Shown here: piece after piece, positions 8,774 through 17,426 of the stretch | Layout of the letters: every line of letters begins with the position of its first letter | Position numbering within the stretch: the stretch's first letter is position 1 | From: Thermoanaerobaculia bacterium | Lineage (GTDB): Bacteria > Acidobacteriota > Thermoanaerobaculia > UBA5066 > Gp7-AA6 | Direction of reading: 5' to 3' | Assembly (NCBI GenBank): GCA_033853815.1 | Contig: JAWOLE010000257.1 | Coordinates: forward strand, 1 to 42,765 | Length of the DNA stretch: 42,765 nt | The notes under the pieces: model-generated | What the model saw: only the letters and a program-made list of their open reading frames with translations | What the model was told of the DNA's origin: nothing | Databases searched by the model: none | Translations under genes and position numbers: made by a program

Positions 8774-9780
8774 GCGTTGCCCCCGGATTCCCGGCTCCCG
8801 GCTCCGGGCTCGTAGAGAAAACACCGGGCGAGCCCCTCGCCGGCGGCATAGAGGTCGGGAAGGGAGCGCTCGCACGGCGCGAATCGCTCGGGGCAACGCG
8901 GAGCGAAGGCGCAGACGCCGTCGGGGCGGAAGGCCAGGTCCGGCACGGTCCCGGGGATCGCGCGGTAGCGGGTTCGACCGCCGGCCTCCGGCGCCCCGAT
9001 ACGCGGCATGCATTCGAGCAGACCGCGCGTATAGGGGTGGCGCGGGTTTCGGAAGAGCTCGGCCGTCGGCGCCTCCTCGACCACGCGCCCCGCGTAGAGC
9101 ACGAGCGTTCGGTCGCTGTGCCGGGCCACGGAGCCGAGATCGTGCGTGATCAGGAGGAGCGACAGGCCTCGTTCGCGGCGCAGCCGGTCGAGCAGTTCCA
9201 TCACCTCGGCGGAGACCGTGGCGTCGAGCGCCGTCGTCGGCTCATCGGCGATCAGGATCGCGGGCCTGGCTGCGAGCGCGATGGCCAGGAAAGCGCGCTG
9301 CTTGAGCCCTCCCGAAAGCCGGTGCGGATACTCGAGGAGGCCGCGGTCGGGGTCGGGAAAGGAGACCTCCGCCAGAAGCTCGCGCGCGATCCCGCGCGCT
9401 CGACGCCGGGAGACGCGGCGATGCCGGCGGACCGCTTCCTGGATCTGCGCGCCGATTCTCTGCACCGGGTCGAGCGCGGCCGCCGGTTCCTGGAAGACCA
9501 GCGCGATCTCGCCGCCGCGCACGCCGTTCCATTGCTCCTCCGTCAGGCTCGCGAGTTCGCGTCCCCGACATCGGACCACGCCCGACACACGCGCCGTCTC
9601 CGGAGCGAGCCGGACGAGGGCCCGGGCGAGGAGCGTCTTGCCGCACCCGGTTTCGCCCACCACCGCCAGCGACTCTCCTCCGGCAAGGTCGAAGCTGACG
9701 CCGTTCACTGCCGGCCGCCACTCCCCCTCCAGAGGCAGTTCGACCTTCAAATTCCGAACGGACAGAAGGGGTTCGGTCAT
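8770..9780 (-). CDS. oligopeptide/dipeptide-type ABC transporter ATP-binding protein (OppD/DppD-like)
   Basis: 336 aa. Walker A GETGCGKTL, LSGGLKQRAFLAIAL, Walker B LIADEPTTALD, C-terminal HPYTRGLLECMP..CAFAPRCP. Confidence 0.85.
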   Translation of the reverse strand: MTEPLLSVRNLKVELPLEGEWRPAVNGVSFDLAGGESLAVVGETGCGKTLLARALVRLAPETARVSGVVRCRGRELASLTEEQWNGVRGGEIALVFQEPAAALDPVQRIGAQIQEAVRRHRRVSRRRARGIARELLAEVSFPDPDRGLLEYPHRLSGGLKQRAFLAIALAARPAILIADEPTTALDATVSAEVMELLDRLRRERGLSLLLITHDLGSVARHSDRTLVLYAGRVVEEAPTAELFRNPRHPYTRGLLECMPRIGAPEAGGRTRYRAIPGTVPDLAFRPDGVCAFAPRCPERFAPCERSLPDLYAAGEGLARCFLYEPGAGSRESGGNA

Positions 9781-9792
9781 GGAGCGAGGGGG

Positions 9793-9888
9793 AATCGGAT
9801 CATTGACTCATTGAATCATTGGTTGATTGCGGCTTATCAAATGGGGCAATGAGTCAATGGATCAATGGACCAATGGGTCAATGGGTCA
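9793..9888. repeat. inverted tandem octamer array (3x CATTGNNT, spacer, 6x ATGRNTCA)
   Basis: Left arm 9801-9824, right arm 9841-9888. Reverse complement of the left arm matches the right arm exactly over 13 nt (CAATGAGTCAATG). The TGA stop of the TPR gene (9886-9888) is the end of the last unit. Confidence 0.9.
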
Positions 9889-12294
9889 ATTCTTGTGCGC
9901 TGCCTCGAGTTCCTTGACCCGCTCGGCGACGTCGCGGTACTTGGTGTCGAGACCGTAGACCTCGACGAAGGTCCTGTAGGCGTTCTCCGCGTCCCCGGTG
10001 GATTGGTAGACGCAGGCCAGGTCGTAGAGAAGGCCGACGGTCTCCGCCTCCTTGATGCCGGGAGTCTCGAGCCCCTTGCGGTACCACTTGACGGCGAGCT
10101 GGGGCATCCCCTTCTCCAGGAAACAGAGACCCAGCATGCTGCAGCATTCGACGGCGCGTTGCGGGTCCTTGCTCGCGAGCTGGAATTCCCCGATCGCCTC
10201 GTCGATCAGTCCCATCTCCTTGTAGGCGATGCCGAGATTCGAGTGCGTCTCGTAATCCTCGGCCGAGAGCTGCTGCTCGACCCCCTTCTTGAACTCGCGG
10301 AAGATCTCCTCGAGCGAGACTTCCCCTTCCGGTCCGGACATCTCGGGGGCCTCCGACGCCGCGGGAGAGTCGGCCAGCTCCTTTTCCATTTCATCCGCCA
10401 GATTGAAGAACCGCTGCTCGTCGGCGAAGAGGCTCTGGCCGTCCACCGCGGGCGCGGCTTCGATGGGAGCGGCCGACTTCCCGCCCGCCTTGCGCATCTC
10501 CTCGTCGATCAAGGATTCCAGGCCTTCGGAGGAGATGAGCTCGGAGTCCGCATCCTCGAGCCGGGGGGGAGGGGCCGCGGGGGCGAGGCCCCGGGCACCC
10601 CTGCCGGCCGGCGGAGCGAACACGAGCGGCGGCGGGCTTTCTCGCGGAGGCGGGATCGGCTCGGCTCCGAAATCGTCGAAGAATTCCGCGGAGGCCGCCG
10701 GGCGCGGCTCGACCGGAAATTCCTCGTACGCCTCGGCCGGGGGGGGCGGCGGCGCGGGCGGCGCGACGGACACTCCCAGCCTGGAAAGAACAGCCTCGGC
10801 CTTCTGCGGTTCGCCGCGTCGGCGATAGAAATCGGCGAAGGCCTCCGCTTCCTGGGCGAGCGCCGGATTGCTCGACGCCGCCATCAGCTCGAGCAGGCGC
10901 TCGCGGGCCGGGAAGAAATCGGGGTGATTGCGCGCGACCGTGCGAAGCCTCTCGACGGCTTTGTCGGTCAGGCCGTACCGGGAAAAGATCTCCGCCTCGA
11001 CGATGAGGGTTTCGAGCTCCCTCTGCTCGGGAACGGCCTGGGAGGGCGGGCCGCCCGCGGCCGGAGCCGCAGCGGGCGGAGCCCCGGCGGGACCCTCCTC
11101 GACATCGACGACGACCTCCTCCTCGGCCCCCGCCATGCCGGCGGTTCGCAGGAGCTCGGACAGGCGCGCCGCCGCCTCGGAGTCTCCGGGGGCGGCCGCC
11201 GCGGCGCGCCGATAGTTCTCGACGGCGGAGGCCAGGTCTCCCCTGCGCTCATCTTCGCGCGCCAGCGCCATGCGAAGCCGCGCCGCCTCGGCCGCGTTGC
11301 CCTCGGCCTCCCGGACCTCGGCCATCTTCTGAAGGGAATCCCGGTGCGCTTCTTCAATCTGCAGGATCATCGACAGGTAGCCGGCGGCCCGCGTGAAGTC
11401 CCCCGCGGCCGTCGCCGCGTCCACCAGCGGCGAAACGTCGGCGAGCGCGGCCTCGAAGTTCGCCTCCGCCAGATGGGCGCGGCACAGAGCCAGGCGGGCT
11501 CCCGTGTGCGCGTCGTCCAGAGCGACCGCCTGCTCGGCGCTCCGCACGGCCTCGGCCTTCTGTCCCAGCTCGATCTGCGCCTCGGCCATGAGCACCAGGC
11601 TGTCGGCCGTGCGCGGCGCCGCCTTCAGGATCGCCAGGGCCGCCGCCGGGTTCTTCTGGGACAGCAGCGAACGCACCAGCGTGTTGCGGGCCGCGGCATC
11701 CTGCGGGGACAGCTCGAGCGCCTTCTGGAAGACCGCCGCGGCTTCGTCCTCGGCGCCGCGCCGCAGGAGCATCGAGCCGACAAGGCCGTACTGCATGACC
11801 GCGTTGTCGAGCTGGTTGACGCTGCGATAGAGATCGGCGAGGCGGACCTGGATCTTCAGGTCGTTGGCGTCTACCGACACCATCTTCTTGTAGACCGCGA
11901 TGGCCTCTTCCGGCATGGTGTTCTTCTGGTAGTGGTCCGCCAGGACCTGATACTGCGTGCGGGCGTCCTGGACGAGCCCCTGCTTGGCGTACAGGTCGCC
12001 CAGCCGCTCATAGACCTCCAGACGCGCGGGGTCGATCTTGTTGATCTTCTTGTAGATCGCGATCGCTTTCAGGAAGAAACCGTCGACGGTGCAGACCTCC
12101 GCGATCCGCGTGAAGAAGGGGATCGAGTCCGGGGCGCGGTTGACGCGGACGTAGAGGTCGCCCACCTTGTTCAGGGTCGAGATGTCTCTCGGGTTCTCGT
12201 CGAGCACCCGCAGGTAGTCCTTCAGGGCATCGTCGAACCTGCCCCTGGCGATGTGCTTTTCGGCGGAGCGAAGCAGTTGGTCGCGCGTTGGCAC
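9886..12294 (-). CDS. large TPR-repeat protein with central Pro/Ala-rich linker
   Basis: About 802 aa from GTG 12294 (VPTRDQLLRSAEKHIARGRFDDALKDYLRVL). TPR-like helices occur at both ends and a low-complexity segment (PPAPPPPPAEAYEEFPVEPRP) in the middle. ORF sequence upstream of 12294 overlaps rnhB in another frame and is not credible. Confidence 0.75.
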   Translation of the reverse strand: MPTRDQLLRSAEKHIARGRFDDALKDYLRVLDENPRDISTLNKVGDLYVRVNRAPDSIPFFTRIAEVCTVDGFFLKAIAIYKKINKIDPARLEVYERLGDLYAKQGLVQDARTQYQVLADHYQKNTMPEEAIAVYKKMVSVDANDLKIQVRLADLYRSVNQLDNAVMQYGLVGSMLLRRGAEDEAAAVFQKALELSPQDAAARNTLVRSLLSQKNPAAALAILKAAPRTADSLVLMAEAQIELGQKAEAVRSAEQAVALDDAHTGARLALCRAHLAEANFEAALADVSPLVDAATAAGDFTRAAGYLSMILQIEEAHRDSLQKMAEVREAEGNAAEAARLRMALAREDERRGDLASAVENYRRAAAAAPGDSEAAARLSELLRTAGMAGAEEEVVVDVEEGPAGAPPAAAPAAGGPPSQAVPEQRELETLIVEAEIFSRYGLTDKAVERLRTVARNHPDFFPARERLLELMAASSNPALAQEAEAFADFYRRRGEPQKAEAVLSRLGVSVAPPAPPPPPAEAYEEFPVEPRPAASAEFFDDFGAEPIPPPRESPPPLVFAPPAGRGARGLAPAAPPPRLEDADSELISSEGLESLIDEEMRKAGGKSAAPIEAAPAVDGQSLFADEQRFFNLADEMEKELADSPAASEAPEMSGPEGEVSLEEIFREFKKGVEQQLSAEDYETHSNLGIAYKEMGLIDEAIGEFQLASKDPQRAVECCSMLGLCFLEKGMPQLAVKWYRKGLETPGIKEAETVGLLYDLACVYQSTGDAENAYRTFVEVYGLDTKYRDVAERVKELEAAHKN

Positions 12295-12437
12295 TGACGG
12301 AAATTCTAACCCGGATGGTCCCTGGAAACCCGGCGCCCGAGGCCTCTCAGAGCTCGAGAGGAAGCTTCTCCGCGCGGAAAACGGCTCCGCCGCTGGCCTG
12401 GAAGCGGGCACGGCCGGCCTCTCGAAGGCCAGGGCGT

Positions 12438-13136
12438 TCAGCTCTCCGGCGGATCGTCCGAAAAAAACGCCGGGAGAGGGAAACCGTCGCGTCCCGGCAC
12501 GACGCCATGGTAGGTCAGGCGATGTTCGGCGCAGGGGCCGGCGACGCGCAGCGCTTCCCAGTGTTCCGGCGTCCCGTAGCCCTTGTGGTGCTCGAAACCG
12601 TAGGCCGGGTAGCGCAGCGCGAGCTCGTCGAGCAGCCGGTCGCGATAGACCTTCGCCACGATCGAGGCCGCCGCGACCGAAGCGCAGAGCGCGTCGCCGT
12701 GAACGACGGGAAGCTGCGGCCGCCGGATGCCCGGCACGGTTACGGCGTCGAGGACGATCGCCTCGGGCTCGGGACGCAGCGACTCGATGGCGATCCTCAT
12801 GGCCAGCAGGCTCGAACGCAGGATGTCGCGACTGTCGATCTCCTGCGCGCTCACGACGCCGACGGCGACGGCGACGGCCCGCCGCCGCACCTCCCGTTCG
12901 AGGCGCGCGCGCGATTCGGCGTCGAGCTTCTTCGAGTCGTCCAGGCCAGGAAGCACGCTGTCGCCGGGAAGGATCACGGCCGCCGCGACCACGGGGCCCG
13001 CGAGTGCCCCCCGGCCCGCCTCGTCCACTCCCGCGATCAGGCCGTAGCCGCGCTGCCGCAGCTCCCTCTCGACGCGATCGAGCTGTCGAAGCCGGCCGAG
13101 CTCGGCGAAGAGGGCGCCCAGGGGGTCGGAGGTCAA
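12438..13136 (-). CDS. rnhB: ribonuclease HII
   Basis: 232 aa. GVDEAGRGALAGPVVAAAVIL metal-binding motif, DDSKKL, SIVAKVYRD. Conserved position after rplS. Confidence 0.92.
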   Translation of the reverse strand: MTSDPLGALFAELGRLRQLDRVERELRQRGYGLIAGVDEAGRGALAGPVVAAAVILPGDSVLPGLDDSKKLDAESRARLEREVRRRAVAVAVGVVSAQEIDSRDILRSSLLAMRIAIESLRPEPEAIVLDAVTVPGIRRPQLPVVHGDALCASVAAASIVAKVYRDRLLDELALRYPAYGFEHHKGYGTPEHWEALRVAGPCAEHRLTYHGVVPGRDGFPLPAFFSDDPPES

Positions 13137-13277
13137 CGCCGGTCCTCATCCATCGAAGAGGCGCGGCGACGCCGCAGACGGCTCCTCGTTACCTTAGAAA
13201 CTCTAGGCTGCCGGTCGCCGCGCGACCGCCGCAGCCGAATGTCACGACGCGGGGCCGGCTCCCACATTTGAAAGTCC

Positions 13278-13313
13278 TCGGCCGCCGTTCGCGAAGCGAA
13301 TGCCTGCGGCCGA
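13278..13313 (-). repeat. REP-like GC hairpin element (copy R2)
   Basis: On the minus strand it reads TAA-CAG-TCGGCCGC-AGG-CATTCGC-TTC-GCGAACG-GCGGCCGA. The element and the 3-nt CAG offset from the stop codon are the same as copy R1. Confidence 0.75.
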
Positions 13314-13316
13314 CTG

Positions 13317-13667
13317 TTACTCGGTCCGCTTCTCGTCGATTCGGGCCGCTTTGCCCTTGCGGCCGCGGAGGTAGTAGAGCTTGGCGCGCCGCACGGAGCC
13401 CTTCTTCTCGACCTCGATCCTGTCGATCACGGGGGAATGGAGCGGGAAGACGCGCTCGACACCGACTCCGCTCGAAACCTTGCGGACGGTGAACGTCTCC
13501 CTCGCCCCGCCGCCCCGGCGGGCGATCACGACTCCCGCGAAGACCTGGATGCGCTCTTTCTCCCCCTCGCGAACCCGGACATGCACCCGGACGGCGTCTC
13601 CCGGCGCGAAATCGGGCAGGTCGGTCTTGAGCGTCGGCCTCTCGACTTCCAGCAAGATGTCGGACAT
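13317..13667 (-). CDS. rplS: 50S ribosomal protein L19
   Basis: [52 protein letters not shown]... SD GAGGAG lies 7 nt upstream of ATG 13667. The longer ORF start at 13766 lies in the repeat array. Confidence 0.95.
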   Translation of the reverse strand: MSDILLEVERPTLKTDLPDFAPGDAVRVHVRVREGEKERIQVFAGVVIARRGGGARETFTVRKVSSGVGVERVFPLHSPVIDRIEVEKKGSVRRAKLYYLRGRKGKAARIDEKRTE

Positions 13668-13766
13668 GGCGATTTCTCCTCGACCCGAAGCCAAACCCGA
13701 CAGGCCAGGGGCTTCAGGATTGGACGGAAGCCGCGGAGTATAGCCGAGGAGAGGGGAATAAACCAA

Positions 13767-13929
13767 GGTGTCAGGTTTCGAGGTTTGAGGTTTCAGGTTC
13801 GAGGTGTCAGATGAAACGCAGGTGTCAGGTTTCAGGTGTCAGGTGCCAGGGCAGCTACGCTTTATCGCTCTCGTCCCTGAAACCTGACACCTGGCACCTG
13901 CATTTCCCTGAAACCTCTGCCCTGACACC
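13767..13929. repeat. inverted tandem heptamer array (10x GGTKTCA, 29-nt spacer, 7x TGAMACC)
   Basis: Left arm 13767-13848 with one 11-nt interruption. Right arm 13878-13929 abuts the trmD TAA (13930-13932) with no gap. Confidence 0.9.
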
Positions 13930-14637
13930 TTATCCATTATCTTCACCCTCTTCCTCCGGCCGAAGAACCAGCAGATCCGGCCGCCTTCTCTTCGTCGCCT
14001 CGAGGGCGTGCGCCCGTCTCCAGCGCTCGATGCGGGCGTGGTCTCCGGAGAGGAGGACTTCGGGAACGGTCAGCCCGCGGAACTCCCGGGGCCGCGTGTA
14101 ATGGGGATGGTCGAGCCTGTGGGCGACGAAAGACTCCCTCTGGACGGACTCGGCGCGGGACACGACTCCCGGCACCAGGCGCGACAGCCCCTCGACGATC
14201 GCGAGCGCCGCCGATTCCCCTCCCGGCAGCACGAAGTCCCCGAGCGAGATCTCCTGATCGAAGAGCCCGAGCTCGCGGGACCGTTCATCGAGCCCCTCGT
14301 AACGCCCGCAGAAGAGCAGCAGCCGGTCGCGGCGGGCGAGATCCGAGAGCATCGCCTGGTCGAGCCTCGCTCCGTCCGGCGTCAGGAGCACGGACCAGGC
14401 CGGAGGATCTCCCCGGCGCGACTCGACGGCCGCCGCCACGACCGGGACCATCAGGACCATCCCCGGTCCTCCTCCATAGGGCTCGTCGTCCACCTTGTGG
14501 TGCTTGTCCTCGGAGAACTGCCTCAGGTCGGTGACCGTCACCTCCAGCAGGCCCGCGGAGATCCCCTTGCCGAGGAGGCTCTCGGCCAGGGGAGATTGGA
14601 AGTATCCCGGGAAAATCGTGAGGATCTCGATCTTCAT
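13930..14637 (-). CDS. trmD: tRNA (guanine37-N1)-methyltransferase
   Basis: MKIEILTIFPGYFQSPLAESLLGKG..., 235 aa, conserved rimM-trmD-rplS order. Confidence 0.95.
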   Translation of the reverse strand: MKIEILTIFPGYFQSPLAESLLGKGISAGLLEVTVTDLRQFSEDKHHKVDDEPYGGGPGMVLMVPVVAAAVESRRGDPPAWSVLLTPDGARLDQAMLSDLARRDRLLLFCGRYEGLDERSRELGLFDQEISLGDFVLPGGESAALAIVEGLSRLVPGVVSRAESVQRESFVAHRLDHPHYTRPREFRGLTVPEVLLSGDHARIERWRRAHALEATKRRRPDLLVLRPEEEGEDNG

Positions 14638-14655
14638 GGCCGGTGCGACGGCACT

Positions 14656-15291
14656 CTATAGCTCCATCAACCCTTCGGGAGGATCGAGGACGATCCGCCT
14701 CGAGGCGCGGTCGACCGCCACCACGATCGGGCGGACGAAGGGAACGAGCACTTCCCTGCCGCCGGGAGTCCCGAGCGTAAGCTGGCCCCCGGCGGCGGTC
14801 TGCTCGAGCCGCTTCACGGTCCCGAGAGGTTGGCCTGAAAGATCCTCGCACGACCAGCCTTCCAGTTCATGGCTCCAGTAGAAATCCTCGGGCCTCCGCG
14901 GAAGGCGGTCTGCGGGGAGACAGAGGACCCCGCCGGAAAGTCGATCGGCCTCTTCGCGATCCTCGATCCCCTCGAAGGAAAGAAGAAGACGTTTGCCGTG
15001 GGGACGCTTTGACGAAAGGGTCAGTTCGCGGACCCTCGCGCCCGCAATCCAGAGAAGTGTTGCCCCGGGTTCGAAAGGATCCGGAGAGTCCCCCAGGCGT
15101 TCAACGGAAAGCTCGCCTGCGACACCGTGAGGGCGCCACACAAAGCCGACGGCCAGAGGGCGGGACGGCAGTTCTTCTGGTTTAGTCGTACTCAGGTACC
15201 GGGAGCAACCCGGCTGCAAAGCGGCAATCTGCGATTTGTGAAGTGTGATTTGTGAATTGGGCGCGCAGGATCGTCTCGGCCCGGTCCGCAA
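14656..15291 (-). CDS. rimM: 16S rRNA processing protein RimM (start uncertain)
   Basis: LAVGFVWRPHGVAGELSVERLGD... PRC-barrel C-terminus. Position is conserved. In-frame starts are TTG 15291 and TTG 15219. The first ~30 codons of the maximal ORF run through the heptamer array and are probably not coding. Confidence 0.8.
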   Translation of the reverse strand: MRTGPRRSCAPNSQITLHKSQIAALQPGCSRYLSTTKPEELPSRPLAVGFVWRPHGVAGELSVERLGDSPDPFEPGATLLWIAGARVRELTLSSKRPHGKRLLLSFEGIEDREEADRLSGGVLCLPADRLPRRPEDFYWSHELEGWSCEDLSGQPLGTVKRLEQTAAGGQLTLGTPGGREVLVPFVRPIVVAVDRASRRIVLDPPEGLMEL

Positions 15292-15324
15292 TCACCAATC
15301 GCAGATCGCAGATCGCAGATCTCT
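15228..15324. repeat. inverted tandem heptamer array (4x TYTGYGA, spacer, 5x RATCRCA)
   Basis: Left arm 15228-15255 (tctgcga tttgtga agtgtga tttgtga). Right arm 15290-15324 (aatcacc aatcgca gatcgca gatcgca gatctct). It ends 1 nt from the TGA of the KH gene. Confidence 0.85.
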
Positions 15325-15325
15325 C

Positions 15326-15589
15326 TCAGTCGCGGATCCGGATGTTGACACGCTTGCCGCGGGCGGAAGCCGCCGCCCCCACGAACGCGCGCAGAGCGCG
15401 GACGGTGCGCCCCTCACGACCGATCAGGCGCCCCCGATCGGCCTCGGGCACCGTCACTTCGTAGAGCGTGCCCCGGCCCTCGGAGATCTCGACAACACGC
15501 GTCTCGGCCGGACGCTCGGACAGCCGGCGGACGATGGTCTCGACCAGCCGCTTGAGAGGCGCCCCGTCGGGAACGCGATCGCCGCTCAT
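15326..15589 (-). CDS. KH-domain RNA-binding protein (YlqC/UPF0109)
   Basis: 87 aa with GRLIGREGRTVRALRAFV (KH GXXG loop). Conserved slot between rpsP and rimM. ATGA-type overlap with the rpsP stop. Confidence 0.85.
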   Translation of the reverse strand: MSGDRVPDGAPLKRLVETIVRRLSERPAETRVVEISEGRGTLYEVTVPEADRGRLIGREGRTVRALRAFVGAAASARGKRVNIRIRD

Positions 15590-15843
15590 GCGGATGCCGC
15601 GGACGGGGCGGCCTCGGGCCGGGCCAGCAAGGAGCGGACAGTCGCGGAGACGTCCGCTCCGCGGCCGATCCAGTACTCGGCTCGCTGCCTGTCGATCGCG
15701 ACGGAGGCCGATCCCCCGATCGGATCATAGGACCCGAGCTCCTCGAGAACCTTGGCCCGCGCCGTCAGGCGCGAATCGGACACCACGATGCGGTAGTAGG
15801 GCCTGTTTCGCGCCCCCATCCGCCTCAGCCGAATCTTCAGCAT
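15586..15843 (-). CDS. rpsP: 30S ribosomal protein S16
   Basis: MLKIRLRRMGARNRPYYRIVVSDSRLTARAKVLEELGSYDP... Confidence 0.95.
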   Translation of the reverse strand: MLKIRLRRMGARNRPYYRIVVSDSRLTARAKVLEELGSYDPIGGSASVAIDRQRAEYWIGRGADVSATVRSLLARPEAAPSAASA

Positions 15844-15888
15844 GTCAGAAAAGTCCTTTCGTCACGAAAAACGCGCATTCTAGCAGCA

Positions 15889-17229
15889 TCACTTCGGGGC
15901 GGGGAGCGGCAGTCGCGACAGATCCAGCTTGCGGCCGGCTTTGCCGGCGACCCTCATCAGCTTCCTCATCTGCTGGTACTGCTTCAACAGGCGATTGATC
16001 TCGGCGACCGACGTGCCCGACCCGGACGCGATGCGCTTCTTCCGGGAGCCGTTCAGAATCTGCGGATACTGCCGTTCGTCCCGAGTCATCGAGTCGATGA
16101 TGGCGGTCACGCGGACGAGGGATCGATCGTCCACGTTGCCGGGATCTGAAAGCCCCCGGAAGGCCCCTCCCTTCGGCAGAAGATCGAGGAGGCCCGAAAG
16201 AGGCCCCATCTTCCTCATCGAGGCGAGCTGCTCGCGAAGATCCTCGAGCGTGAATTCTCCGGCGCCCGAACGCTCCGCCAGGCGGCGGGCGGCGGAAGCG
16301 TCCACCTGGGCTTCGACCTTCTCGATCAGGGTCAGTACGTCCCCCAGCCCCAGGATTCGGGAAGCCATCCGGTCCGGATGGAAAGGCTCGAAGTCCTCCG
16401 GCTTCTCGCCGACTCCCACGAACTTGATCGGCGCATGGATGGTCGAAACGACCGAGAGCGCGGCCCCTCCGCGCGCGTCCCCGTCCGTCTTGGTGAGCAC
16501 CACGCCGGTCAGAGGCAGCGCCTCGGCGAAACCGGAGGCCGAACGAACGGCGTCCTGACCGGTCATGGCATCGGCCACGAAGAGGATCTCTCGAGGGGCG
16601 ATCGCGTCCACGACCGCGCGGACCTCCCGCATCAGATCCTCGTCGATGTGGAGGCGCCCGGCGGTGTCCACGATCACCGTGTCGCGCCCCGTCAGCCGGG
16701 CCTCCTGGACGCCTTCCCTGGCGACGGCGACGGGATCCTTAGCCGCCTCCGGGGAAAAGACGGGAACGCCGATCTTGCGGCCGAGCGTCTTGAGCTGAGA
16801 GACCGCAGCGGGCCGGGACAGGTCGGCCGCCACGAGAAGGGGGTACCGGCCGCGCGACTTCAGATGGAGAGCGAGCTTGGCGGCGGAGGTCGTCTTGCCC
16901 GAGCCCTGGAGTCCGACCAGCGCGAAAACGGCCGGCCGGCCCGACAGGTCGATGTCGGCGATCTGTCCGCCGAGCAGACCGATGAGCTCGTCTCGAACGA
17001 TCCGGGTCACCTCCTGGGCCGGAGACAGCTTCTGCAGGACCTTTCCGCCGATCGCCTTCTCCTTGACCTGCTGGGTGAACCGCTTGACGACGGGAAGGGC
17101 GACGTCCGCCTCCAGCAGCGACAGACGGATCTGGCGCATGGCCGATTCGAGGTGATATTCGGTCAGGTGCCCCTCTCCTCGGAGCTCCTTGAACACCCCC
17201 TGAATACGCTCTCCCAGTCCCTCGAACAC
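15889..17229 (-). CDS. ffh: signal recognition particle protein Ffh
   Basis: 446 aa. N domain, G domain GLQGSGKTTSAAKLA, DTAGR, TKTDGDARGG, and an M domain that is Met- and Arg-rich. Confidence 0.95.
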   Translation of the reverse strand: MFEGLGERIQGVFKELRGEGHLTEYHLESAMRQIRLSLLEADVALPVVKRFTQQVKEKAIGGKVLQKLSPAQEVTRIVRDELIGLLGGQIADIDLSGRPAVFALVGLQGSGKTTSAAKLALHLKSRGRYPLLVAADLSRPAAVSQLKTLGRKIGVPVFSPEAAKDPVAVAREGVQEARLTGRDTVIVDTAGRLHIDEDLMREVRAVVDAIAPREILFVADAMTGQDAVRSASGFAEALPLTGVVLTKTDGDARGGAALSVVSTIHAPIKFVGVGEKPEDFEPFHPDRMASRILGLGDVLTLIEKVEAQVDASAARRLAERSGAGEFTLEDLREQLASMRKMGPLSGLLDLLPKGGAFRGLSDPGNVDDRSLVRVTAIIDSMTRDERQYPQILNGSRKKRIASGSGTSVAEINRLLKQYQQMRKLMRVAGKAGRKLDLSRLPLPAPK

Positions 17230-17324
17230 GTCTCTTCACCCTCCCAACGAAAGTGGTCGGCGGCTCTCCAGGCACAAGAATAGCAAGGCCGATTACGAGG
17301 GCTTTCGCGGGCCTGCGAGAGTTG

Positions 17325-17352
17325 TTGACAGGAGGGGCCGTTGCGATATGAT
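17325..17352 (+). promoter_or_regulatory. near-consensus sigma70-type promoter (TTGACA-16 nt-TATGAT)
   Basis: TTGACA at 17325-17330 and TATGAT at 17347-17352, about 75 nt upstream of the lipoprotein ATG in the ffh/lipoprotein divergent spacer. Confidence 0.5.
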
Positions 17353-17426
17353 GCGGCGTCGTTTTCTCCCCTTACGGGGATTTTTTCGCGTACTGGGGGG
17401 CTGAGAAGAAAAAGGAGATGAGGGAT

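Noticed and set aside
9793-9888. Possibility that the micro-repeat arrays are CRISPR arrays
   Set aside because: Units are only 7-8 nt, directly abutting with no unique spacers. The second half is the inverted complement. No cas genes are present. The architecture is incompatible with CRISPR.
9865-9900. ORF heads MDQWVNGS.. (9865+), MDQWINGS.. (26628-) and MNHWFIAS.. (26681-) that look like a conserved N-terminal motif
   Set aside because: They are translation artefacts of the ATGGATCA/ATGGGTCA octamer repeats. The downstream parts are antisense to real genes.
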